Assembly: GCA_951406725.2 (NCBI GenBank)
Contig: OX597822.1
Coordinates: 29,264,001 to 29,328,000 of the forward strand
Direction: 5' to 3'
DNA: 64,000 bases
From: Octopus vulgaris
Lineage: Eukaryota
Below the pieces are notes generated by a model, which did no database searches, was not told where the DNA came from, and saw only the letters and a list, made by a program, of their open reading frames with translations. Within the stretch, counting starts at the first letter, position 1. Each line of letters starts with the position of its first letter. Positions 1 to 11,616 of the stretch are shown here, piece after piece. Both the position numbers and the translations under genes were made by a program.

Positions 1-278
1 ATGGAAACTGAAAGAAGCCTGTCTTATAGATACTTGTGTATTTGTGTGCGTTTGAGTTTGTGTTTGTTTCCACCACTGCTTAATAACTGCTGTCGGTTTG
101 TTTGCATTCCTACAATGTAGCGGTTTGGCAGAACAGAATGATAGGAAAAGTACGAGGCTTAAAAAAAAAATATATATATAAGTACTGGGATTGATTTGTT
201 TGACTAAGCCCTTGAAAGTTGTGCCCCAGCATGGCCACAATCTAATGACTGAAACGAGTAAAAGCCAAGAGTAAGAGA
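1..278 (+). mobile_element. SINE family B, 3' part (truncated by window edge)
   Basis: ggaaactgaaagaagcc...gtgccccagcatggccacaatctaatgactgaaacgagtaaaag matches the family B copies repeated throughout the window. Confidence 0.8.
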
Positions 279-825
279 CATTACCATGACATATCATTTC
301 ATGTCATATGAACGGATTCATTCACATCTTGAGATTTAATGACTGCAAGTATATATCAAACATGGCTTTGTAGTTAGGAAGCACCACCACCTTCACCACC
401 ATCTTCATCATCGTAACCCCCCCCCCCCCCGCTACTGCCTTCACCACCACCATTGCCTTCCCCCTCCTCAACCATTATCATTGTCATTAGTTTTGCTGAT
501 GTAGTTAGTATTTGTGGGGGTTTAATCTCTTATAGTGTCTACACTGACTCTGTCCCTCTATGTAATGTGATGATGATGGCGGTGGTGGTGATGGGGTGGG
601 TATTACAATGATCTCTTAACTGATATTGTTGACCTTTACACTACACAGGTGTGGTATATCTTTTAATCCATTCCCTTTGGTCATTTTCAACAAAAAAATT
701 TGATATTTGTTGACATTTCATTACTGTCTTAGTGGGGAGGGAGTCTTTTTTTTTTTTTATACACTGTCCTTACAGATATAACTGGCACTTGATATAACTG
801 ACACACACACAGTGCTGTGTAGGAA

Positions 826-1024
826 GCACCCATGCTAGTACCACATAAGAAGCACCTAGTACACTCTGTAAAGTGGTTGGCATCAGAAAGGGCATCCAGC
901 TGTAGGAACTTTGCCAAAACAGATGACTGGAGCCTGGTACAGCCCTCCAGTCTACCAGCTCCTGTCATACTGTCCAACCCATACCAGCATGGAAAACAGA
1001 TGTTAAATGATGATGATGATGATG
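826..1024 (+). mobile_element. RTE LINE 3' UTR fragment (family C) with (GAT)n tail
   Basis: agggcatccagctgtag...catggaaaacagatgttaaatgatgatgat; same sequence is joined to an RTE ORF end at 50514-50692. Confidence 0.75.
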
Positions 1025-1059
1025 TTATCTATTCACATATGATAGGTTTCTTTCAGTTT

Positions 1060-1312
1060 TCATCATCATCATCATCATTATCGTTAAACATCCGTTTTCC
1101 ATTCTGGCATGGGCTGGATGGTTTGACTGGTCCACTCACACCAGGCTCCAATCTGATCTGGTAATGTTTCTGCAGCTGGATGTACTTCCTAATGCCAACC
1201 ACTCCGAGAGTGTTGTGAGTGCTTTTTACATGCCACCAGCACAAGAGCCAGTCGGGGCAAGGGGGCTGGCATCGACCACATTCAGATGGTGCTTTTTAAG
1301 TGCCACTGTCAC
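1060..1312 (-). mobile_element. RTE LINE 3' UTR fragment (family C)
   Basis: Reverse-complement copy of family C, tail-to-tail with 826-1024. Confidence 0.75.
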
Positions 1313-1342
1313 GTCACTTCACAGAGGTTATAACTTATCCTG

Positions 1343-1489
1343 ATTATTTACATTATTTACATTTGATGGATATTTGTCCTCGTCTTGTTTGTTGTTAACA
1401 CGTTTCGCCTGATATACCCTCCAGCCTTCATCAGGTGTCTTGGGGAAATTTCGAACCTGGGTTCTCATTCCAAAGGTATTTTTTGGTGC

Positions 1490-1524
<35 letters not shown>

Positions 1525-1860
1525 TCACTGCTTGGAATTGAACTCGGAATCTAGGGGTTCGTTGCCCGCTCTCTTAACCACTATGCCATATGCCCATGGG
1601 CATATGGTGTAGTGGTTAAGAGCGTGAGCATATGGCATAGTGTTTAAGAGTGCGGGCTACTAACCCCAAGATTCCAAGTTCAATTCCAAGCAGTGACCTG
1701 AATAAATAATAATAATAATAATAACATTGAAAAATACCTTAGGAATGAGAACCCAGGGTATATCAGCTGAAATGTTGTGTTAACAACAAACAAGATGAGG
1801 ACAAATATCCATCAAATGTAAATAATGTACATAATTCCTTATCTCTTAAATATACAACTG
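1343..1860. mobile_element. Head-to-head palindromic element: tRNA-like head, (TAA)n, Penelope-like tail with hammerhead motif
   Basis: Perfect centre ccatatgccca|tgggcatatgg (1596/1597); arms complementary over about 250 bp; A-box-like tggtgtagtgg and B-box-like gttcaattcc; CTGATGA...GAAA on the minus arm. Confidence 0.75.
1396..1440 (-). ncRNA. Degenerate minimal type-I hammerhead ribozyme motif
   Basis: Minus strand gacac CTGATGA a ggctg gagggtatat caggc GAAA cgtgtt; the right arm supplies cagct GAAA tgtt gtgtt, so consensus stem I is acac/gtgt. Confidence 0.6.
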
Positions 1861-2039
1861 TATTAATCTGATTAGGATTGATATCTTTTGATCATGTACA
1901 AAGGGTCACTGGTTACAGATACTTACTTAAGTCTTTTGATCCCTATAATATATAAGCTGTCAATGACATTCATCCATTGTTTTTGACTCTAGACTGTCTG
2001 GTTAGCATTAAAGTTACTTCCTCAGTTTGGGGGCCACAT

Positions 2040-2700
2040 ATCCCCGAGGTAAGGCCTTCCTCTCTCAGATCTCATTGGTTTTGAATTATCATTGATGCTT
2101 CTAAGTTTGTGTTTCTTCTAGGTGCAGATGTTGGTCCTGTGCAAACCCATTTTTGCTGCTTTGAAGAGGTAGTCTATATTGGTCTGGTTTCTATCCTTTG
2201 AGATGTCGAGCATGGGGGGCCCTACCAGTGGCTTGCACTTCGCTGATATAGCTCTCAAGGGTTACTGTGACACATGTGGAGGCGCAATGGCCCAGTGGTT
2301 AGGGCAGTGGACTTGCGGTCGTAGGATCGCGGTTTCGATTCCCAGACCGGGCGTTGTGAGTGTTTATTGAGCGAAAACACCTAAAGCTCCACGATGCTCT
2401 GGCAGGGATGGTAGTGATCCCTGCTGTACTCTTTCACCACAACTTTCTCTCACTCTTACTTCCTGTTTCTGTTGTGCCTGTATTTCAAAGGGCTGGCCTT
2501 GTCACTCTCTGTGTCACGCTGAGTATCCTCGAGAACTGCGTTAAGGGTACACGTGTCTGTGGAGTGCTCAGCCACTTACACGTTAATTTCACGAGCAGGC
2601 TGTTCCGTTGATCGGATCAACCGGAACCCTCGTCGTCGTAACCAACGGAGTGCTTCCACCACTGTGACACATAAACCACCATGCTGCAACAAGTACCAGA
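2040..2700 (-). mobile_element. Decayed RTE-like LINE 5' region, interrupted by SINE D
   Basis: ggccctaccagtggc...atagctctcaagggttactgtgacacataaaccacc resembles RTE 5' UTR motifs (recalled, not searched); continuous across the SINE D TSD. Confidence 0.35.
2276..2660 (+). mobile_element. tRNA-derived SINE family D (tail 1), full length
   Basis: A box tggcccagtgg, B box gtttcgattcc; 12-bp TSD actgtgacacat at 2264-2275 and 2661-2672; CpG-rich, so probably young. Confidence 0.9.
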
Positions 2701-3520
2701 CCTTGTGATAGCACTGTTTAAACTTGCTGACCATCGAAGTATGAAAATCAAAGACACTCAGCCTGGGGTTTGAACTCAGAACTTGGACAAAATAAATTTC
2801 TCTGATATTTTAGCCCAGTACTCCACTGTTTACTGATGACATCTAATTAATATCAAATAATGTTGATGATGATTGTGGTGGTAGTAGCGGAGGTAGTGGT
2901 AGTTGTAGTAGTAGTAGCAGTAGTAGTTAAGGGGACCCGTGTCAGATTTCATGAATAAACAATGGAAAAATTACGAAGAAAATATCATGCAAACATTAGT
3001 TGCATTGTAACATATAATTCTTTTAGTACTGCCAAGAGTATTAGTAGAGTGAAGTTTTTGGTATCCCTCACTGGTATTTTATATTTTATGATATAATAAA
3101 TAAGACATTTAAAAGTATTTCGCTGTTGCAAAATGTCAATTATAGTTAGGGCTTCACAAACATTTTATCCTGGTTACAAGAATTTTATATCAAATGGCAG
3201 CAATGGCTACAAAGATATCAAATGCTTAATATGAATGTTATTTACCAGTCTTCGTTTGAATAATACCAACATCACAAACATAAATAATGTTTTTTTAAAT
3301 TACACTTCATGAAAAATTTCGTAATTTAATGTTGGTCGTTTGTTAAAAATGCAATGGTTGACATTGCAGCAGATACAAAATGAGGAATGGTAAGGTGACA
3401 AGGTAAAATCTGATCACTGGTACTGTTCTGTCCTGGGTCTAGATTCTTGACTTTTTGGCAGTTACTATATTTACTTGGGTGTAAATTGCATCCTTAATTT
3501 AGTGTTAAATCTTTATTCTT

Positions 3521-3962
3521 ATCTTTTTACCTGTTTTAGTTATTAGACTGTGGCCCTGATGTAATCTCCACGGATACAGGCATCCAGCAACAGGACTTCC
3601 GTAATGCTATGATGGACCGTGAAGTCTGGCGTAACATAGTAACACTACCTTGAAGAATTTTTAGTTAAATGAATCAGTGTCTTTCGCAGAACCACTAGGT
3701 TACAGGGATGTAAATAAACCAACACCAGTTGTCAGGCAGTGATAGGGGATAAACACAGACACCAAGACACACACACACTGACATACATATACAATGGGCT
3801 TCTTTCAGTTTCCGTCTACGAAATCTATTCACAAGGCTTTGATCGGCCCAAGGCTAATAGCAGAAGACACCTGCCCCTAGTGGGTTCAGTACCACCATGC
3901 AGTGGGACTGAACCCAGAACCATGTGATTGGGAAGCAAACTTCTTACCATGCAGTCACACCC
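3521..3962 (-). mobile_element. SINE family B (contains RTE fragment)
   Basis: Family B head and tail in reverse orientation. Confidence 0.8.
3555..3641 (+). pseudogene. RTE LINE ORF C-terminal fragment
   Basis: Translates PDVISTDTGIQQQDFRNAMMDREVWRNIV, a typical RTE-clade terminal DRxxWR motif. Confidence 0.65.
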
Positions 3963-4216
3963 ATTACTAAATGTGCTTCTAAAACAGTCTTCAGATCTCC
4001 AGTGCAGAATTACAGAGACTGAATCATCAAATTCCAGCTCCTCCTTGTTTATCTCTCTTTGGTTTCCAATCTTCAGTGTTTGTTCCATCTTTAGAGTCTA
4101 TATCTAGCTATGATTCATCATTTTGAAACATGGTACCGGTACAAATATTCTTAGAGTAAAAATGTGGCTAGTAGTTTCTTGTTATACACATACATATGTA
4201 TATATATATATATATA

Positions 4217-4259
<43 letters not shown>

Positions 4260-4261
<2 letters not shown>

Positions 4262-4490
4262 TTCTTTACTGCCCACAAGGGGCTAAACATAGAGGGGACA
4301 AACAAGGACGGACAAATGGATTGAGTCGATTACATCGACCCCAGTGCGTAACTGGTACTTAATTTATCAACCCCAAAAGGATGAAAGGCAAAGTCGACCT
4401 CGGCGTAATTTGAACTCAGAACGTAACGACAAATGAAATACCGCTAAGCATTTTGCCCGGCATGCTAACGTTTCTGCCAGCTCGCCGCCT
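4260..4490 (-). mobile_element. tRNA-derived SINE family A
   Basis: Reverse of ggcggcgagctggcagaaacgttagc...gagttcaaat (B box)...gcctttcatccttttggggttgataaattaagtaccag (Meta/MESC-like central domain)...aaagaaata. Confidence 0.85.
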
Positions 4491-4504
4491 GTGTGTGTAT
4501 ATAT

Positions 4505-4627
4505 AGCTGTAGAAACACTGCCAGATCTGATGGGAACTTGGTGCAGCCTCCTGGCTTCCCAGACCCCGGTCGAACCATCCAACCCATGCTAGCACGGAAA
4601 ACGGACATTAAATGAAGATGATGATGA
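4505..4627 (+). mobile_element. RTE 3' UTR fragment (family C)
   Basis: gctgtagaaacactgccagatc...ggacattaaatgaagatgatgatg. Confidence 0.75.
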
Positions 4628-4663
4628 TATATGTGTGTGTGTGTGTATATATATATCATCTTC

Positions 4664-5148
4664 ATCATCGTTTAACGTCCGCTTTCCATGCTAGCATGGG
4701 TTGGACGATTTGACTGCGGTCTGGCAAATCAGATGGCTGCACCAGGCTCCAATCTGATCCGGCAGAGTTTCTACAGCTGGATGCTCTTCCTAACGCTAAC
4801 CACTCCGAGAGTGTAGTGGGTGCTTTTATGTGCCACCGGCACGAGAGCCAGTCGGGCAGTACTGACAATGGCCATGCTCAAATGCTGTTTTTTACGTGCC
4901 ACCTGCACAGGAGCCAGTCCAGCAGCACTGGCAACGACCTCGCTCAAATGTGTTTTCACATGCCAGTAAGGCAACACTGGTAAAGATCACGTTCAAATGG
5001 TGCTTTTTACGTGCCACCGGCACAGAAGCTGATCAGCTGCTCTGGCAACGATCACACTCGGATGGTGCTCTTAGCGTTCCACTGGCATGGATGCTAGTCA
5101 TCAAATTTGATTTTGATTTTGATTGCCTCAACAGATCTTTGCAAGCAG
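4664..5148 (-). mobile_element. RTE 3' UTR (family C) with internal subrepeats
   Basis: Repeated gtgctttttacgtgccaccggcac units; matches 36085-36550 in reverse. Confidence 0.8.
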
Positions 5149-5454
5149 ATACTGCAACAGCTTGTGTTTCAGGGGACCACAGCTCTTCAATATCCTTCCT
5201 AAATGCCTGAGAGACCTGCATGGTGTGGATGTGGGTTTCTTTAAAACTAAACTGGATCTCTCCTTGTCAGGGGTTCCAGATGAACCTACCTCTTGGCAGG
5301 ACACACAGATGTGGGCAGCGGCATCGAACTCCCTTGTTGACACAGTGCCATGTATCAGAGGTGGTTTCACATACTAGTGTGGCACATTCAATGGTGGTGC
5401 CCCAGCATGGCTGCAGCTTTCGGACTGAAACATTTTTAAGGATTTAAGGATTTA
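5143..5454 (+). pseudogene. CR1-group LINE 3' end (ORF2 C-terminus and 3' UTR)
   Basis: SRYCNSLCFRGPQLFNILPKCLRDLHGVDVGFFKTKLDLSLSGVPDEP fits the CR1-group C-terminal pattern; ends in ttaaggat repeats. Confidence 0.75.
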
Positions 5455-6060
5455 TGTATATGTCTCTCTCTCTCTCTATATATATATATATGTCTATACA
5501 TATATGTATATACACACACACACACACACACACACATAGATGTGTATATTTATTTTGGTAGTTTTGACTTTAAGAGTCCTCCTAGGGTGTGGCATTTATG
5601 TATAGTAATGCCCTCTATATAATATAAATAAATATATTTAAGAGAAAAATTGGTGGATTTTTCTCTTATGAGGTTTTTCACGCTGATTACTTGATAAATT
5701 CTTATAAAGATTTTATCCTATTTTAAATTGTAAATATATGTGTGTATGTATATATATGAATATATGGATATAAATGTATGTATATATGTATATATATTAA
5801 TTGCTTGTTGAGTTTCTATCGGATACGTGTTCTGTAAATGTTCATAACACACCTTATACTTATATATATACATATTAAGTTTTCCTGGCAATCTGAACTA
5901 GTTGGAAAATGAAAATTTCTGTGTAACTGTATCTGTTTCTTTTCTTTCACTTCTTTTTCCAAATTAATTCCTTGGATGATAATAACCAGGATTTTTACTG
6001 CCATAAATTCTATTAGTTTTTGAAAAACCTTTTCCGTACCACATTGACATAAGAAGTAAA

Positions 6061-6475
6061 TCTTTATATATAAAAGAGAGGTTGTGTGCTGTCTGTTTCC
6101 TACGATTTAGATTCCTAACTACTCCCACATTTTGCGGTGCAGTTTAACCAAAACCGGGTATCTTATAGTCGTGATTCATATTGAGCCCTTCTGGGTATTA
6201 CGCGCGTCTACGATGAGTCTACGATTTAAAAAAAAAATTTACCATCCATTTTTTTCCATTTTAATGCATTTTTTCGCTATTATATAAGGGAAGTAACTCT
6301 CTAAAAATGTCTACGATGAGTCAACGATTTAAAAAAAAAATTTACCATAATTTTTTTCCCATTTTTAATGCATTTTTTTGCTATTTTTTGGCTATAACTG
6401 CTTTTATAGTTATATATAAATGCTTATATAGTTATTTCCCTTACAAACCCGAGCAACGCCGGGCGATACTGCTAG
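6061..6475 (+). mobile_element. Non-autonomous Helitron
   Basis: A|TC 5' end (tctttatatataaaa), 3' hairpin cccgagcaacgccggg, then CTAG|T; no TSD; internal duplication of about 75 bp (6206-6280, 6309-6385). Confidence 0.85.
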
Positions 6476-6704
6476 TATTATATACATTACAGGCAAATCT
6501 CCGCAAAGATCTATTTTTTAACACTGTTGCTCAAGTTTTAAAATTCTACACCGAAAATGATGATGATGATTATAATGATTAAAGAATTTTGGATTAAATA
6601 GTGTGAAGCAGTACCATTATTGGTACAGTGGCACCATTATTGGTGCAATGGTACTGTATAATAAATTCTCCCGATAAAATGTCTTCAACACTTTACATCA
6701 GACC

Positions 6705-6925
6705 TAAGGTGGCGAGCTGGCAGACTTGTTACTGTTTTGGGAAAAATGCTTTGTGGCATTTCTTCCGGTTTAATGTTCTCATTTCAAATACCACCGGGCT
6801 TGACTTTGTCTTGCGTTCTTTCGGGGTCAGTAAAGTAAAAGCCTGTTGAATATTGGGATCGATGTAATCGACTCCCCCCCTCCCCTGAAATCACTGGCCT
6901 TGTGCCAAAACCTGAAACCAATATT
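6705..6925 (+). mobile_element. SINE family A, old copy
   Basis: aaggtggcgagctggcaga head with diverged core and tail. Confidence 0.65.
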
Positions 6926-6985
6926 TACATCAGGCCTGGGCAACTTTTTCAAGAAACAGGCTGTATGAGAAATGGATAGAATAAT

Positions 6986-7436
6986 TACTCTTTTACTTGT
7001 TTTGGTCATTTGACTGTGGCCATGCTGGAGCACCGCCTTTTAGTCAAGCAAATCGACCCCAGGACTTATTCTTTGTAAGCCTAGTACTTATTCTATCGGG
7101 CTCTTTTGCCGAACTGCTAAGTTACGGGGACGTAAACACACCAGCATCGGTTGTCAAGCAATGTTGTGGGGGGGGACAAACACAGATACACAAACATATA
7201 CACACACACACACATACATACATACACACACACACATACACACACACACATACACACATACACATACACATATATACGATGGGCTTCTTTCAGTTTCTGT
7301 CTACCAAATCCACTCACAAGGCTTTGGTCGGCCCGAGACTATAGTAGAAGATACTTTGCCCAAGGTGCCACGCAGTGGGACTGAACCCGGAACTATGTGG
7401 TACGTAAGCAAGCTACTTACCACACAGCCACTCCTA
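6986..7436 (-). mobile_element. SINE family B, full length, internal (CA)n
   Basis: tRNA-like head (gggttcagtccc B box), CORE-like accttgggcaa segment, internal microsatellite, tail gctccagcatggccacagtcaaatgac. Confidence 0.9.
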
Positions 7437-7959
7437 CTTCAAAAAAATAACTACTGATGGGGGGGGGGTCAATCCTTTGACTAAAATTTCTTCAAAAGCA
7501 GTGCCCCAGCTTGGCCACAGTCTAATAATTGAAACAAGTAAAAAAAAAAAAAACCCCGAAAATAAAATGACATGATCTGTGAGTTGATGTTCCAGTACTT
7601 TGTAAGATTCATTTTGTCAGTGCAGCTCTTTTTAGAGAATCATTAACCATTTAGCTCAGCTCAGCCGGTCTAACCTTTACACTAACTCTGTTGCGTTTGA
7701 ATAAGTAAAGATTATATCTGGTTAAACAGTTCTGTAAGGTTGAGGCTTGGTTAGTCATTTAGGTTAGCCCTCAGAAGCATTAACATTATCTCATCATTAA
7801 TTTTAATGTTTCAAGGATGAAAGGCAAAAAAGTCATCTTTCTCTTTCTGATGTGAATTGAACCGAAAGACAATTATCAATTAACGAGATGTGTTTGACTT
7901 GTGAGCATTACCCCCCTCCCCATCCCAGGTTCTTTGAATGGAAAAATAAATAAATATGT

Positions 7960-8375
7960 AGGTGCAGGTGTAGCTGTGTGGTAAGAAATTTGCTTCGTAA
8001 TCTCATGGCTCTGAGTTCAGTCCCACTGTATGGCACCTTGGGCAAGTGTCTTCTATTATAGCCTCAGGCTCTCCAAAGACTTGTGAGTGAGTTTGGTAGA
8101 CAGAAACTGAGAGAAGCCTGCTGTATCTATCTGTCTGTCTGCCTGTTTGTCTGTGTGTCCTTGCATCTGTGTTTGTCCCTCACCTTTGCTTGACAACCAG
8201 TGTTGGTATGTTTATGTCCCCATAACTTAGCAGTTCAGCGAAAGTGATCAATAGAATTAAGTACTAAGGTTAAAAAGAAATAGGTCCTGGGTTTGATTTG
8301 TTTGACTAAAGCCATTTAAGGTGGTACCCCAGCATGGCCACAGTCAAATAACTGAAACTAGTAAAAGATAAAAGA
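7960..8375 (+). mobile_element. SINE family B, full length
   Basis: Family B head to taaaagataaaaga tail. Confidence 0.85.
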
Positions 8376-8454
8376 TCTAATGTTTATAACATCTTAATTA
8401 GTAATATGCTATCAGTTAAATTAATTCACTTTTCGATCGGTTGTTGGGTGTACC

Positions 8455-8790
8455 ACCTCAGGATGACCAAAACCTTGTGAGTTGATTTGGTAGATGGAAA
8501 CTGAAAGAAACCTGTCGTGTGTGTGTTTGTGTGTGTTTGTATGTGTATGTGTTTGTGTGTCTGTGTTTGTCTCCCACCACTGCTTGGCAAAACGGTGCTG
8601 GTGTGTTTATGTCACTGTAACTTAGCAGATTGGCAAAATAGACTGATAGAATAAGTATCAGGCATAAAAAAAAAAAAACAAAAAAAAACAGAATAAGTAC
8701 TGGGGTCAAATTGTGTGACTAAAATTCTTGAAGGCGGTGCCCTAGCATGGCCGCAGTCTAATAACTTGAAACAAGTAAAAGATAAAGGAT
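8455..8790 (+). mobile_element. SINE family B, 5'-truncated
   Basis: Family B body and tail. Confidence 0.8.
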
Positions 8791-8809
8791 ATAAAAATAA
8801 TACAAATAA

Positions 8810-9020
8810 TCCTTTCTAATATAGGCACAAGGCCTGAAATTTTGAGTGGTGGTGGCTAATCAATTACATTGACCCCAGTGCATAACTGGTACTTATTTCA
8901 TTGACTCTCGAAAGGATGAAAAGCAAAGTCAACTTCAGTGGAATTTGAACTCAGAACATAAAGATGGACAAAATGCTTTTTGCCCGGCATGCTAACAGTT
9001 CTGCCAGCTTGTCCCCTTAA
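8810..9020 (-). mobile_element. SINE family A (short-tail variant)
   Basis: Family A head and core with ggccttgtgcctatattagaaagg tail. Confidence 0.8.
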
Positions 9021-9505
9021 AGATAATTCAAATGATAAAGACGTCTGTCATTGAGTTTTGTCTTGGACGCGGTTCTTTGATAAATATTTAAAACCGGTTT
9101 GCTGCCAGATGACCTTATATCACTAATATACCCTAACCACTGCAAAGCTGCAAATGTCTTATTCTATTTTATTATTTTGCTTTTTTCAGTAATTAGATAT
9201 AAATCTATTATTAGCCAAATATCTGTAATTTCATTGTGTCTCTACATATCTTGTGCATTCCGAAAAAGGTTTGACATATAAAGTCCATATGAGGGTGTAC
9301 ATGTATTAAAATACCATTCTGTACCCCATTTTTTTTTTCCAATTGGGATATGTCAGCCGAATGAAGAGTCTGTGCAGCAGTAAACAACTTGCTACATAAA
9401 CCTATAGCGCTGGTCGTAAATAGGAGCATTTGAATTGACTAATTTTCGCATAAGGTCACTTCAGTCTGGATACTATTCTTGGGACTTGTGGTGTCATACA
9501 GAAGC

Positions 9506-9539
<34 letters not shown>

Positions 9540-9767
9540 GGTAGCAGCAGTAGTAGTAATGGTGGTGTAGGCTTTTCGCTATTTGACTTATATAAAGCCT
9601 GGAATTAGTTATATGGCAAAGAATTTTGCCGGTGAACGCCACCAAAATCCAGATTTTTTAAGAAATGTTATGGCAAGGCATAAGTTTATTTTTAAACATA
9701 TTTATTTATTGTATATCAGTCACAGTCAGAGATAACATTGCCATTCAATCAATAAATCTTTTATTTT

Positions 9768-10632
9768 AAGGCAGCAAGCTGGCAGAAACGTTAGCACACC
9801 AAGTGAAATGCTTAGCAGTATTTTGTCTGCCACTACGTTCTGAGTTCAAATTCCGCCGAGGTCAACTTTGCTTTTCATCCTTTCGGGGTTGATAAATTAA
9901 GTAGCAGTTATGCACTGGGGGTCAATGTAATTGACTTAATCCCTTTGTCTGTCCTATTTGTCCCCTCTGTGTGTAGCCCCTTGTGGGCAATAAAACAATA
10001 AGAAACATTAACACACCAGGCGAAATGCTTAGCAGTATTTTGTCTGCCACTACGTTCTGAGTTCAAATTCCGCCGAGGTCAACTTTGCTTTTCATCCTTT
10101 CGGGGTCGATAAATTAAGTAGCAGTTATGCACTGGGGGTCAATGTAATTGACTTAATCCCTTTGTCTGCCCTATTTGTACCCTCTGTGTGTAGCCTCTTG
10201 TGGGCAATAAAGATATAAGAAACATTAGCATACCAGGCAAAATGCTTAGCAGTATTTCATCTGTCTTTATGTTCTGAGTTCAAATTCCGCTGAGGTCGAC
10301 TTTGCTTTTCATCCTTTTGGGGGTCGATAAATTTGTGTACTGGGGTCAATCTAATCAACTGGCCCCTCTCCCCACAAAATTTCAGGCCTTGTGCTTAGAG
10401 TAGAAAAGAATGTAGAATTTTGTAAGGCAGCGATCTGGCAGAAACGTTAGCACGCTGGGTGAAATGCTTAGCGGTATTTTGTCTGTCTTTACGTTCTGAG
10501 TTCAAATTCTGTTGAGGTCGATTTCGCCTTTCATCCTTTTAGGGTTGATAAATTAAGTACTATTTGCATACTGGAGTCAATCTAATTGACTCCCCCACAC
10601 ATTTTGGGCTTTGTTCCTAGAGTGAAAAAGAA
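9768..10632 (+). mobile_element. SINE family A trimer plus adjacent monomer
   Basis: Three tandem units 9768-10411 joined at ataagaaacatta; further copy 10424-10632. Confidence 0.85.
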
Positions 10633-10636
10633 TATA

Positions 10637-11016
10637 TCTTTTATCTTTTACTTGTTTCAGTCATTTGACTGTGGCCATGCTGAGGCACTACCTTGAAGGA
10701 TTTCAGTTGAACACATCGACTCCAAGTACTTATTCTAGTACTTATTCTATCAGTTCTTTTGGCTGAACAGCTAAGTTATTGAGATGTAGACATACCAACA
10801 CTGGTTGTCAAGCAGTGGTGGGGGACAAACAAGGACATATACACAGGAATATATACAATGGGCTTCTTTTAGTTTTCATCTATCAAATCCACTCACAAGG
10901 CTTTGGTTGGCCTGAGGCTATTCTAGGAAGACACTTACCTGAGATGCCATGCTGTAAGACTGAACTCGGAACTATGTGGTTGGGAAGCAAGCTTCTTACC
11001 ACTCAGCCACACCTGC
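10637..11016 (-). mobile_element. SINE family B
   Basis: Family B in reverse. Confidence 0.8.
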
Positions 11017-11157
11017 AACTATATATGTGTGTGTGTGTGTGTGTGGGGGGGGGTGTATGCCTCATCATCATCATCATCATTTTAATATCTACTTTTCCAT
11101 GCTTGAATGAGCTAGATGGAGTTTTGAGGCAGGTTTTTCTGTGACTGGATGTTCTTC

Positions 11158-11616
11158 CTTTTCTACTATAGGCACAAGGCCTGAAATTAGGGGGAGGGGG
11201 ATAGTCGATTTCATTGACTCCAGTGTGTAACTGGTGCTTATTTTATTGACCCCGAAAGGATGAAATGCAAAGTCGACCTTGGTGGAATTTGAACTCAGAA
11301 CATAGCGACGGGTGAAATACCGCTAAGTATTTCATCCAGCATGCTAACAATTCTGCCAGCTCACTGCCTTCTGGATGCTCTTCCTGTCACTCACTCTTGA
11401 ATGTTTTCAAGTAAAGTAACCTTCCCCACTGGCCAGACAAAGGGATTAAGTCGATTACATCGATCCCAGTGCGTAACTGGTACTTAATTTATCGACCCAG
11501 AAAGGATGAAAGGCAAAGTTGACCTCGGCGGAATTTGAACTCAGAACGTAACGGCAGATGAAATACCGCTAAGCATCTTGCCCGGCATGCTAACGTTTCT
11601 GCCAGCTCACCGCCTT
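11158..11616 (-). mobile_element. Two SINE family A copies (11158-11370, 11434-11616) within older SINE remnants
   Basis: Family A core in reverse, twice. Confidence 0.75.

Noticed and set aside
1598-1700. Functional tRNA gene (also the heads at 2276, 14907, 47474)
   Set aside because: Acceptor stems do not pair, there is no poly-T terminator, and each is joined to a repeat body.
2927-3425. Possible TTAA-flanked (Kolobok-like) DNA transposon
   Set aside because: Putative TIRs (ggggacccgtgtcagattt / aaatctgatcactggtact) are weak and there is no right-hand TSD.
5545-5735. Possible hammerhead on the minus strand (cctaggaggactcttaaagtcaaaac)
   Set aside because: Core too degenerate and no stem I; kept only as an orphan repeat.
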